In this document: positions 1 to 7,988 of the stretch, piece after piece
Position numbering within the stretch: position 1 is the stretch's first letter
Layout of the letters: each line of letters begins with the position of its first letter
Assembly: GCA_017456465.1 (NCBI GenBank)
Contig: JAFTJJ010000014.1
Location: 1 to 34,540, forward strand
Direction: 5' to 3'
Length of the DNA: 34,540 nt
From: Clostridia bacterium
Lineage (GTDB): Bacteria > Bacillota > Clostridia > Christensenellales > UBA1242
Program-made: the position numbers and the translations under genes
The notes under the pieces: model-generated
Seen by the model: only the letters and a program-made list of their open reading frames with translations
Database searches by the model: none
Told to the model about the DNA's origin: nothing

Positions 1-230
1 CCCTCATAGATGAGTTTAATGCTGGTTCTGTTTTGAATGTTTTAATGAAAAGGGCGGTAAATATGCTGTGAATTGACTCTGCTTAGTGGAACAAGCGAAA
101 CAAAAAAGTTTAAGTTCGGTTATGGCACTTGAATAATATTTATATGGTGCCATCGCCAATTGGTAAGCACAGGGTGGTGGGTGGCCTTATCACCAGTTCA
201 AATTCTCTGGTGTAACCTTCAAAGACAAAA

Positions 231-268
231 GAACACAAAAAATTTTTGTTTTTTTGTGTTCGCTTTTA
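231..268 (+). terminator. Rho-independent terminator-like hairpin
   Basis: GAACACAAAAAA (231-242) pairs with TTTTTTGTGTTC (250-261) around a 7-nt loop, followed by a T-rich tail. The stem is AT-rich, so it is weak. Confidence 0.4.
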
Positions 269-288
269 TTATTTTTGTGTTTTTGATA

Positions 289-317
289 TTTACAAAGCTT
301 GCTTTTTGTGTTATCTT
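289..317 (+). promoter_or_regulatory. Putative sigma-A promoter of the 339 CDS
   Basis: TTTACA (289-294), 17-nt spacer, TGt-extended TATCTT (312-317). Confidence 0.35.
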
Positions 318-338
318 AAAAAAGTAAAGGAGATTTCT

Positions 339-731
339 ATGGTTATTAATTATGAAGTTCACGATCTTGAATCGTTCAAATCAAGACTTGATTGCACAAA
401 ATCATTGCTTTGTGATGCAAAACTTTGGAAACCATATTGTTATCTTCCATGTGGCTTCATCAGCAAAAATCAAGCAAAAAGAGCATATGAAGTCAACAAG
501 AAATATGATGACAAACAAAGACGCAAACACAAATTTATTGAACACTTTGTCGAAATTTCAACCTATTTGCCAACTGATGTCTTGTTTGAAACAATGGTTG
601 ACATGATGGACATCTTAGGAACAAACTCACTTACGCTTTATGATTTCAAGTTTATTGATGAGAACGTTCCTGCTTTTTATGAAAAGTATAAATCATTCAA
701 AGAAGAAACATCGGAATCTGAAAATGTGTAA
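339..731 (+). CDS. Hypothetical protein (130 aa)
   Basis: ORF-track 246..731 trimmed to ATG 339, which lies 6 nt after AAAGGAG (326-332). The upstream part of the ORF overlaps the promoter and terminator. No recognisable motifs. Confidence 0.6.
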   Translation: MVINYEVHDLESFKSRLDCTKSLLCDAKLWKPYCYLPCGFISKNQAKRAYEVNKKYDDKQRRKHKFIEHFVEISTYLPTDVLFETMVDMMDILGTNSLTLYDFKFIDENVPAFYEKYKSFKEETSESENV

Positions 732-744
732 AATATTTTTCAAG

Positions 745-768
745 AAAAACACCTTCGGGTGTTTTTTT
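745..768 (+). terminator. Rho-independent terminator
   Basis: AAAAACACC (745-753), loop TTCG, GGTGTTTTT (758-766), then a T-run. Confidence 0.7.
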
Positions 769-792
769 GTGGCAAAATTTGTCGTTTTATGT

Positions 793-821
793 TTGACAAA
801 ATTGAAAACCTTATTCATAAT
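793..821 (+). promoter_or_regulatory. Putative sigma-A promoter
   Basis: TTGACA (793-798), 17-nt spacer, CATAAT (816-821), about 30 nt upstream of ATG 852. Confidence 0.5.
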
Positions 822-851
822 TAAATAAATAATAAACTTGGAGCAAACATT

Positions 852-1643
852 ATGAAAGAATTTTTCGGATTTGGCGGCTACGAGCGCACACCAGAAGGTT
901 ATATGTCGTGGCAACATCTGCTTTTTGTTTCACTTTTGATGGCAGCAATGATCGCACTTGCTGTTGTTCTTGGAATAAAAAATAAAAATAAAGACATGAA
1001 AATCAAAAACAAAGTGCTCATTTGGGCTGCAATTTTGATTGATGGCTTTGAAATTTTCAAAATTATTATTTGTTGTGTGAGGTCTGGTGACATTTCTTCA
1101 ATTTTGCACATGCTTCCACTTTTCTTGTGCTCAATTCAACTCATCACAATTCCTCTTGCTGCGTTTGCAAAGGGCAGGGTGAAAGAGGCGGCTCTTGACT
1201 TTGTGTTCATCTTTGGAATCCTTGGTGCGGTGCTTGGAACATATGGTGCAGGTCAAAACTACAGTGCATATCCAGTTCTTTCATTTGACAATGTTGTTTC
1301 AGGAATCACTCACGCAATTTCAGGCTTTTCTTCTCTCTACATTGTGATTTCAGGAATGGCAAGCATGAAGCCAAAGAACATTTGGATTTCATTCTCAATT
1401 CTTTTTGCTTTCTGCATCATGGCAACCATTGCAAATTACACAATCCCATACAACTACATGTTCCTTGTTCGTGGTGATGGAACACCATATGACATTTTTT
1501 ATAACATGGTTGGAGGACACCCAGTTTTGTATCCAATGATCGTAATTTTGCTTTTTGTGCTTTACATGAGCATTTTCTATTTAATTTTCTTCCTTGTGAA
1601 AAAACATAGAGCAAAAAAATTGCAAACAATGGAAGAGCATTAA
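852..1643 (+). CDS. Polytopic membrane protein, YwaF/TMEM164-like (TIGR02206-type) family
   Basis: 263 aa with GGAG 8 nt upstream. Multiple hydrophobic spans. The LPLFLC motif and a downstream conserved His (GITHAISG) resemble the YwaF family. A paralogue lies at 13760..14557. Confidence 0.6.
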   Translation: MKEFFGFGGYERTPEGYMSWQHLLFVSLLMAAMIALAVVLGIKNKNKDMKIKNKVLIWAAILIDGFEIFKIIICCVRSGDISSILHMLPLFLCSIQLITIPLAAFAKGRVKEAALDFVFIFGILGAVLGTYGAGQNYSAYPVLSFDNVVSGITHAISGFSSLYIVISGMASMKPKNIWISFSILFAFCIMATIANYTIPYNYMFLVRGDGTPYDIFYNMVGGHPVLYPMIVILLFVLYMSIFYLIFFLVKKHRAKKLQTMEEH

Positions 1644-1653
1644 AACATAACAA

Positions 1654-1681
1654 AACACCTTGAAACACAGGTGTTTTTTTG
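1654..1681 (+). terminator. Rho-independent terminator
   Basis: AACACCT (1654-1660) pairs with AGGTGTT (1669-1675), followed by T7. Confidence 0.65.
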
Positions 1682-1691
1682 TTGCCTACTA

Positions 1692-1720
1692 TTTACATTT
1701 GAATAGAAAAATGATATAAT
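1692..1720 (+). promoter_or_regulatory. Extended -10 sigma-A promoter
   Basis: TTTACA (1692-1697), 17-nt spacer, TGaTATAAT (1712-1720). Confidence 0.6.
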
Positions 1721-1750
1721 ATTTGCATATGAAAAATGACATGAAAAAAT

Positions 1751-2710
1751 TTGAAAAAATGGCACACAAAAAAGCTTGTTTATGGCTTCAAACATAAGCT
1801 TGTTTTTCCATATCCGGATGGACTCTTTGACAGACTCAGACCATTTGCACTTGGTGGACTTCCTGCATCAATTTTGCTTTTTGAAAATGAACTTTGCAAC
1901 GGTCATTGCTATGACAGGGCAAGACTCATCAGTCTTGCACTCAAAGACGCGACAGTCGTGCACGCAGACATTGATTCACTGAGAGTTCAAGATGGCGTGG
2001 AAAATCCAGAACACGCTTTTGTTGAAACAACTGACTTTGGTGGCGGCAAAACTTGGGTGATTGACACATCGATTGGCTTGGTTTTTGACAAAGATTATTA
2101 TTACAAAATTGAAAGGCCAAAAGTCAATCATGTTTTCCCAAAAGATTTTTTAATGAAAGATCCAACCATTCATGAAATAATTGCAAGCAATTTTGAAAAT
2201 GACAAATATATGCTCACATCATACCTTCCTTTTGTTGAAGCTGCAATAAAAAACAGCAGACATCTTGGAACTGTGATGTACCGCAAAAAAATCCTTGAAG
2301 AACTTGAAGTTTTCAAAAAAGCAATCGGGTTTGATGAACTCAGGGCTGAAATCGATGCCGACATCAAACTTATGTTCAAAGATCCAGCCGCGCTTGATGC
2401 AAAGTTTGGAATTGTGAGAGACCAGTATGGCAGAGAAATGTCAAGAAATGGCGTTCCAAATCCATATTATAAGTCACGCGAAGAAATGGAACAAGAAAAT
2501 GCGTATTTGGAGAGCATCAAGGATGACCCTGACAAACTCAATGAGTTTTGGTCAAAGGTCATTGAGGAAACAACTGAAGAAATGCAAAGGGAATATCTTG
2601 CAACAGAAAAACTTGCAAACCAAAGACTTGAATTAATCTTAAAAAATCCAACCGCAAATTTTTATGAGTTGTTTGGTGAGTCAAGTTCTGATGTTGATGA
2701 AAAAATTTAG
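1751..2710 (+). CDS. Hypothetical protein with a papain/transglutaminase-like Cys-His-Asp N-terminal domain and an acidic helical C-terminus
   Basis: 319-aa ORF. Ordered motifs are GHCYDRA (Cys), EHAFVE (His) and WVIDTS (Asp). The only start after the in-frame stop at 1742 is TTG 1751, and it has no clear SD. Confidence 0.55.
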   Translation: MKKWHTKKLVYGFKHKLVFPYPDGLFDRLRPFALGGLPASILLFENELCNGHCYDRARLISLALKDATVVHADIDSLRVQDGVENPEHAFVETTDFGGGKTWVIDTSIGLVFDKDYYYKIERPKVNHVFPKDFLMKDPTIHEIIASNFENDKYMLTSYLPFVEAAIKNSRHLGTVMYRKKILEELEVFKKAIGFDELRAEIDADIKLMFKDPAALDAKFGIVRDQYGREMSRNGVPNPYYKSREEMEQENAYLESIKDDPDKLNEFWSKVIEETTEEMQREYLATEKLANQRLELILKNPTANFYELFGESSSDVDEKI

Positions 2711-2729
2711 AATAAAAGGGGAATGTTTA

Positions 2730-3053
2730 ATGGCAACAATCGGAAATAATGTGATGCAAGAATGTACAAACGCAAGGGAATCATTTTTTACAGAAGAAAT
2801 GAGAGAACACTACAAACACATCTTTGAGGCTTATAAGGACGAGAACTTCTACACTGAACTCAAAGAAAGAACGGCTGATGATCTTCACGAAGAAGCAATG
2901 AGGCTCATTGGGAGAGTTGAAGCGTGTGAATTTGATGAAAAGGGCATGGAGAAGGCAGAGCGAATTGTTGCACACTTGCTTGCAGCAATTGAAGATGCTC
3001 AAAAAACACAAGCAGACGAAAATGATCCAGATTCTTGTGAAATTGGACTTTAA
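2730..3053 (+). CDS. Small acidic hypothetical protein (107 aa)
   Basis: ORF 2664..3053 trimmed to ATG 2730, preceded by AAAGGGGA. The upstream portion overlaps the end of the previous CDS. Confidence 0.55.
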   Translation: MATIGNNVMQECTNARESFFTEEMREHYKHIFEAYKDENFYTELKERTADDLHEEAMRLIGRVEACEFDEKGMEKAERIVAHLLAAIEDAQKTQADENDPDSCEIGL

Positions 3054-3070
3054 AATTCACCAAAAAATCC

Positions 3071-3102
3071 GCCACATTATTTGACAAAATGTGGCACTTT
3101 TT
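3071..3102 (+). terminator. Rho-independent terminator
   Basis: GCCACAT (3071-3077) pairs with ATGTGGC (3089-3095), followed by ACTTTTT. Confidence 0.6.
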
Positions 3103-3142
3103 ATTATTATAAAATAAAAAGATACAAATTAAGGAGAAAACT

Positions 3143-3460
3143 ATGAGCGAAAACAAAAATGGAGCAAAAAATCTTTTGGATTGGCTTGGAGGTGTGGCAG
3201 CGTTCCTCACTGTTGCAGTCTATGCAGTGCTCCTCATTCATGCAAATTGGGCATTTTTGCCAGAAACACTTTTCAACATTCTTGTTGTTTGCAAAACTTG
3301 GGCACCACTTGTTGTTGTGGCGCTTGTTGGACTTGAGTTCACAAGAGGCAAGGGACTCATCACAAAGCTTCTCTTTTATGCATTGCTCGCTGCAGTTGTT
3401 GTGAACATGTTTTTCCCAGACACATGGAACGAGTTTGTTGGTGTTATTAATGGAAATTAA
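3143..3460 (+). CDS. Small membrane protein (105 aa, about 3 TM segments)
   Basis: AAGGAG lies 8 nt upstream. There are three long hydrophobic stretches and no recognisable family motif. Confidence 0.6.
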   Translation: MSENKNGAKNLLDWLGGVAAFLTVAVYAVLLIHANWAFLPETLFNILVVCKTWAPLVVVALVGLEFTRGKGLITKLLFYALLAAVVVNMFFPDTWNEFVGVINGN

Positions 3461-3484
3461 TCAATAAATATTTCGAGGTTGCAA

Positions 3485-4009
3485 ATGAAACAGATTCAAC
3501 TTGTGAGACCACAACTTGCTGATCTTTGGTTCAGACGAGATTGCATGTCTGATCCTCAAACGATGGCATACAATGCGGGCTATGATGTGTCCTATGATGG
3601 CTATCATTATGAGACGGGCTGCATTGATTTTTCTGAAGAAAAGTGGGGCGAGTGGTATGAAACAAAATTGAAAAACCCAAACTTCTTTTATGCCTACATT
3701 CAGGATGTTGACACTGGAGATTATGTTGGATATGTGAATTTCAACAAAGACAAAACAACAGGAAAAGCAACCATGGGAATTGTCATCAAGGCTGAGTTTC
3801 AAGGCAAAGGTTACATGAGGCCAGCAATGCAAAAACTCATTCTGGAAGCTGAGAAACTTGGTGTTGCAGCCCTCACTGACACTGTGCCAGAATCAAGAGA
3901 CCACGCCCTCAAGGTGTTTTATAGTCTTGGCTTTTTGAAGGTTGGTGAATTCACTGGCAAAAAATTCAACAAACCTGAGGTGGTTGCTGAAATCGAAAAA
4001 GAACTTTAA
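3485..4009 (+). CDS. GNAT family N-acetyltransferase (RimJ/RimL-like)
   Basis: Acetyl-CoA motif A is QGKGYMRPAMQKLILEAEKLG, within a GNAT-like beta-strand/helix pattern. ATG 3485 follows GAGG (3473-3476). TTG 3479 is an alternative start. Confidence 0.75.
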   Translation: MKQIQLVRPQLADLWFRRDCMSDPQTMAYNAGYDVSYDGYHYETGCIDFSEEKWGEWYETKLKNPNFFYAYIQDVDTGDYVGYVNFNKDKTTGKATMGIVIKAEFQGKGYMRPAMQKLILEAEKLGVAALTDTVPESRDHALKVFYSLGFLKVGEFTGKKFNKPEVVAEIEKEL

Positions 4010-4031
4010 TGAACAATTGTTTATATTCTTG

Positions 4032-4065
4032 CACTCAAATCTTTGATTGGTTTGGGTGTTTTTTT
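4032..4065 (+). terminator. Rho-independent terminator
   Basis: CACTCAAA (4032-4039) pairs with TTTGGGTG (4051-4058), with one G-U pair, followed by T7 (4059-4065). Confidence 0.55.
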
Positions 4066-4099
4066 GTTTCAAACAAACAAATATCATGTTGCCATGTTG

Positions 4100-4128
4100 T
4101 TGACATGATTTTCTTGTGAGTGTAAAAT
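4100..4128 (+). promoter_or_regulatory. Consensus sigma-A promoter of the ABC exporter operon
   Basis: TTGACA (4100-4105), exactly 17 nt, TAAAAT (4123-4128). It lies inside the 5' end of ORF-track 4116..5981, which argues against the GTG 4116 start. Confidence 0.7.
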
Positions 4129-4196
4129 TATCTAGTCACGAAAAATTAAATAAGATCATATATTTTTATGTTATGACTCAATCTCGGGGGAATGGT

Positions 4197-5981
4197 ATGT
4201 TTAAGCTTTTAAAGAATTTAAAATTTAAGGACTTTGTGCTTGTGATTGTCGCTGTTGCGCTCATTGTTTTGCAGGTTGCACTTGAACTCAAGATTCCAGA
4301 CTTCACTCGAAATCTCACCGAAATTGTTCAGTCTGGAACAATGACTGGCACTGCAAACATGTCAGATGTTTGGAAAAATGGTGGATTGATGCTTGCATGC
4401 GCAGCAGGGAGTCTTTTTTCGGCTGTAATTTGCACATTCTTGCTTTCAAGAGTTGCAAGCTCTTTTTCAAAAACGCTCAGAGACAAGCTTTATGAAAAAA
4501 TATCAACCTTTTCTGAGGCAGAAATGAAAAAGTTTTCTGTTCCAAGCTTGATCACCAGAACAACAAATGATGTTGTTCAAATGCAAAACTTCATGGCAAT
4601 GGGCATTCAACTTGTTTTCAAAGCTCCAATCATGGCTGTGTGGGCAATTTTGAAAATTTCCGAAACAAACATAAAGTGGACAATTGCTGTTGCTGTGAGT
4701 GTTGTTTTGATTGTTGTTGGCGTTGTGATTTTGACAAGGGTTGTTTTTCCAAGATTCAAAAGAATCCAAAAGCTCACGGACGAAATCAACACAGTGACCC
4801 GTGAAAGTGTTTCGGGCGTGAGAGTTGTGAGGGCTTTTGGGGCAGAAGATTTTCAAGAACAGAAGTTTGATGAAGTGAACAAAAAAATCACAAACAATCA
4901 TCTGGTCACATCAAGAACCCTTGGACTCATGAATCCAATGATGAACCTTGTGATGAATGGCCTCATGCTCGCCATTTATTGGATTGGTGCTGTTCTTGTG
5001 AATCAAATTGTGTTTTCTGGTGATGTGCAAGCAATGATCATTGAACGCGGTGCACTTGTTGGAAGCACAGCAGCTTTCACAAGCTATGCAATGCAGGTTG
5101 TGATGTCGTTCATGATGCTCATCATGATCTTTATTGTCCTTCCAAGAACTCTTGTGTCAGCAAAAAGAATTTTGGAAGTTCTTGAAACACAACCATCAAT
5201 TGTTGAGGGATGTTTTAATGGAGAACCTGAAAATCATGGAACAATCGAGTTCAAAAACGTCTCATTTTCTTATGCAGACTCCGAGAACGCAGAAAGAGCA
5301 ATTGCCGATGTTTCGTTCAAGGTTGCCACAGGTGAAACACTTGCAATCATCGGAGCGACTGGAAGCGCAAAAAGCACACTCATAAAGCTGATTCCAAGAT
5401 TCCATGATGCAACTCAAGGTACTGTTTTGGTTGACGGAGTTTGTGTGAAGGACTATAGAGAAGAAGTTCTAAACTCAAAAATCGCATTTGCTGCACAAAA
5501 AGCGGTGCTTTTCAAGGGAACAATAAGGGACAATATTGCTCTGGGGAGCGAAATTGTTGATGATGAAAAAATAAAAGAGGCTCTGAGAATCGCTCAGGCG
5601 GATTTTGTGTTTGAACTTGAAAAGGGGTTGGACAGTGAGGTTGCACAGGGTGGAACAAACTTTTCTGGCGGGCAAAAACAAAGATTGTCGATTGCGAGAG
5701 CTCTTTACAAAAACGCAGAAATAATCATTTTTGATGACACATTTTCTGCACTTGACTACAAAACCGACATGCTTGTTCGCTCAGCCATTCATGAAAATCT
5801 TGCGGGAAAAACAATTGTGATTGTCGCTCAACGCATTGGAACAATCAAGGATGCTGACCAAATTCTCGTTCTTGATGAAGGCAAAGTTGTTGGCAAGGGC
5901 ACTCACAAAGAACTTCTTGAAAACTGTGCTCTTTACAAAGAAATCGCACTTTCACAACTTTCAAAGGAGGAACTTGAATAA
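4197..5981 (+). CDS. ABC exporter permease/ATPase fusion, the subunit carrying the degenerate nucleotide-binding site
   Basis: N-terminal 6-TM exporter domain plus an NBD. Walker A is GATGSAKST, the signature is FSGGQ, Walker B is IIIFDD (Asp in place of the catalytic Glu), and the switch is IVAQR (Gln in place of His). ATG 4197 follows GGGGGA. Confidence 0.9.
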   Translation: MFKLLKNLKFKDFVLVIVAVALIVLQVALELKIPDFTRNLTEIVQSGTMTGTANMSDVWKNGGLMLACAAGSLFSAVICTFLLSRVASSFSKTLRDKLYEKISTFSEAEMKKFSVPSLITRTTNDVVQMQNFMAMGIQLVFKAPIMAVWAILKISETNIKWTIAVAVSVVLIVVGVVILTRVVFPRFKRIQKLTDEINTVTRESVSGVRVVRAFGAEDFQEQKFDEVNKKITNNHLVTSRTLGLMNPMMNLVMNGLMLAIYWIGAVLVNQIVFSGDVQAMIIERGALVGSTAAFTSYAMQVVMSFMMLIMIFIVLPRTLVSAKRILEVLETQPSIVEGCFNGEPENHGTIEFKNVSFSYADSENAERAIADVSFKVATGETLAIIGATGSAKSTLIKLIPRFHDATQGTVLVDGVCVKDYREEVLNSKIAFAAQKAVLFKGTIRDNIALGSEIVDDEKIKEALRIAQADFVFELEKGLDSEVAQGGTNFSGGQKQRLSIARALYKNAEIIIFDDTFSALDYKTDMLVRSAIHENLAGKTIVIVAQRIGTIKDADQILVLDEGKVVGKGTHKELLENCALYKEIALSQLSKEELE

Positions 5982-7792
5982 TGGCACCTTTTGGACATGG
6001 AAGACCACAGATCGGTGGCGGAAAACCACAAAAAACAGACTTCAAGTCACTCCTCAAGCTTGCAAAGTATTGCAAACCATTCATTCCATCAATTGTCACA
6101 GCTCTTGTTTTGGCTGTGCTTTCAGCGATTGCGTCGATTGTTGGACCAGACAAAATCAGCGAACTCATGAATGTGATAACTGCAGGTGTTGCAAGCATTT
6201 CTGGAATCGACATGACAGCATTCATGGATGTTGTTGTGTTTTTGATTTGCCTCTATGCTTTGGGTGCAGTTGCATCATATGTTCAGCAATTTTTGATGGC
6301 GGGAGTGACAGCAAAAGTCACCAAAAACCTCAGACATGATGTGAGCGCAAAAATCAACAAACTTCCGCTTTCATATTTTGATAAAATTGCGCGCGGTGAT
6401 TTGCTTTCAGTGATGACCAACGACATCGATGTCATTGCTCAAACACTGGGATCAACCATTGCAAACCTCGCAAGTTCAGTCACTCTTTTTGTCGGCGTTC
6501 TTGTGATGATGTTTGTGGTCAATTGGGTTTTGGCACTTGTGACAATTGCGTCTTCAGTTCTTGGATTTGTTTTGATGTTTTTGATTTTGGGAAAATCACA
6601 AAAATATTTTCATTTGCGTCAACAAAATCTTGCTGAACTTGGCGGCCATATTGAAGAAATTTACACAAACCACAGTGTCGTAAAATCTTATGGCGCTGCC
6701 TACAATGAAACTCAGAAATTTTCAAAAATAAATCACAATCTTTTCGCAAACAACTGGAAATCCCAGTCTCTTTCAGGACTCATGCATCCACTCATGGGAT
6801 TTGCAGGAAACATTTCATATGTCGCAATTTTTGTGGTTGGAATCGCACTCATTTTGAGTGGAAGCAGTGCTGTTTCATTTGGAACAATCATTTCATTCAC
6901 AATTTATGCAAGACTCTTTTCTCAACCATTGTCTTCAATTGCTCAGGCAATGAGTTCAATTCAGCAAGCGTCTGCAGCATCGGCTCGTGTCTTTGACATG
7001 CTCGGTGAAAAAGAAATTTCTGATGAGAAAGAAAAAGTGGCAAAAATTACGGACATTAAGGGAAATGTTGAATTCAAAAATGTTAAGTTTGGATACAATC
7101 CAAATGAACTCGTCATCAAAGACTTCACAGCATCAGTCAAAGCTGGTTCAAAAGTTGCAATTGTTGGGCCAACGGGTGCGGGAAAAACAACCCTTGTTAA
7201 CCTGCTCATGAGGTTTTATGAATTGGATTCAGGTGATATTTTTGTTGACGGGGTGTCAATCAAAGACATGAAACGCGAAGATGTTCGTGAAATGTTTGAC
7301 ATGATTTTGCAAGACACATGGCTTTTTGATGGCACAATCCGCGAAAACCTTGTTTACAACAAAACCGGTGTGACGGATGAAATGCTGGGGGAGGTTTGCT
7401 CAGCTGTCGGACTTTCTCACTTCATTGCAACTCTTGAACATGGCTATGACACAGTGCTTGACTCTGGTCTTGGCCTTTCAGAGGGACAAAAACAACAACT
7501 CACAATTGCAAGAGCAATGATCAAAAATTCACCAATGCTCATTTTGGATGAAGCAACATCAAGCGTTGACACAAGAACAGAACTTGTGATCCAAAACGCA
7601 ATGGACAAACTCACACATGGTCGAACATCATTTGTGATTGCTCACAGACTTTCAACCATCAAGAATGCCGATCTCATTTTGGTGCTCCGCGATGGTGACA
7701 TCAAAGAGCAGGGAACACATGATGAACTTCTTGCAAAAAATGGCTTTTATGCTGAACTTTATAACAGTCAGTTCCAAGATGTTGAGTCGTAA
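5981..7792 (+). CDS. ABC exporter permease/ATPase fusion, the subunit carrying the consensus site
   Basis: Walker A is GPTGAGKTT, Walker B is LILDEATS, the H-loop is IAHRLST and the signature is the non-canonical LSEGQ. Its start overlaps the upstream stop (TAATG at 5979-5983). Confidence 0.9.
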   Translation: MAPFGHGRPQIGGGKPQKTDFKSLLKLAKYCKPFIPSIVTALVLAVLSAIASIVGPDKISELMNVITAGVASISGIDMTAFMDVVVFLICLYALGAVASYVQQFLMAGVTAKVTKNLRHDVSAKINKLPLSYFDKIARGDLLSVMTNDIDVIAQTLGSTIANLASSVTLFVGVLVMMFVVNWVLALVTIASSVLGFVLMFLILGKSQKYFHLRQQNLAELGGHIEEIYTNHSVVKSYGAAYNETQKFSKINHNLFANNWKSQSLSGLMHPLMGFAGNISYVAIFVVGIALILSGSSAVSFGTIISFTIYARLFSQPLSSIAQAMSSIQQASAASARVFDMLGEKEISDEKEKVAKITDIKGNVEFKNVKFGYNPNELVIKDFTASVKAGSKVAIVGPTGAGKTTLVNLLMRFYELDSGDIFVDGVSIKDMKREDVREMFDMILQDTWLFDGTIRENLVYNKTGVTDEMLGEVCSAVGLSHFIATLEHGYDTVLDSGLGLSEGQKQQLTIARAMIKNSPMLILDEATSSVDTRTELVIQNAMDKLTHGRTSFVIAHRLSTIKNADLILVLRDGDIKEQGTHDELLAKNGFYAELYNSQFQDVES

Positions 7793-7902
7793 ATAATAAA
7801 AAACCACAAAACATTGTGTTATTTATTGATAAATGATTTTGAGTTGTGCTATTTTGCACTTTTTAAGTCAATAATACAAAAAAACATAAAGCATTGAAAA
7901 GC

Positions 7903-7935
7903 GTGGTGAGAATTTTCACCACCTTTTCTTTTTTA
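7903..7935 (+). terminator. Rho-independent terminator
   Basis: GTGGTGA (7903-7909) pairs with TCACCAC (7916-7922), followed by CTTTTCTTTTTT. Confidence 0.75.
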
Positions 7936-7942
7936 TCAATAT

Positions 7943-7971
7943 TGACTTTGATGCGCAAATTGGAGTATAAT
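7943..7971 (+). promoter_or_regulatory. Sigma-A promoter
   Basis: TTGACT (7943-7948), 17-nt spacer, TATAAT (7966-7971). Confidence 0.65.
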
Positions 7972-7988
7972 GTTCTCAAGGTGATTTT

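Noticed and set aside
3-71. Possible C-terminal fragment of an upstream CDS (frame 3, ...LIDEFNAGSVLNVLMKRAVNML, stop at 69-71)
   Set aside because: Only 22 codons are visible and nothing is recognisable. It cannot be distinguished from chance open frame without the upstream sequence.
146-217. Possible tRNA gene (T-loop-like TTCAAAT)
   Set aside because: I could not build a 7-bp acceptor stem, a D-arm or an anticodon arm on either strand. The hairpin loop is 10 nt rather than 7. It is kept only as a structured-RNA observation.
4116-4196. 5' extensions offered by the ORF track (4116 GTG; also 246, 2664, 9117, 9639, 10159, 11156, 16216, 21208, 22007, 29731, 30380, 31483)
   Set aside because: In each case the extension overlaps a promoter, a terminator, the SD or the upstream CDS, and an internal start has a properly spaced SD. 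I trimmed to that start. Uncertainty of a few codons remains for 3485, 9123, 14582, 16294 and 26574.
5821-6339. 172-aa + strand ORF and 126-aa - strand ORF spanning the junction of the two ABC genes
   Set aside because: Both are out of frame within two strongly supported ABC transporter CDS. They have Cys-rich, improbable composition and no SD.
7806-7822. CAAAACAtTGTGTTAT (7806-7821) and CAAAACAaTGTGTTAT (13705-13720) as direct repeats flanking the unrecognised-gene block (possible insertion scars)
   Set aside because: The TGTGTTAT core is the extended -10 element reused at several promoters in the window (13714, 25097, 26532). The A-rich and TGTGTT words are common in this genome's terminators. 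A 15/16 match is not convincing evidence of target-site duplication, and no integrase or transposase is present.
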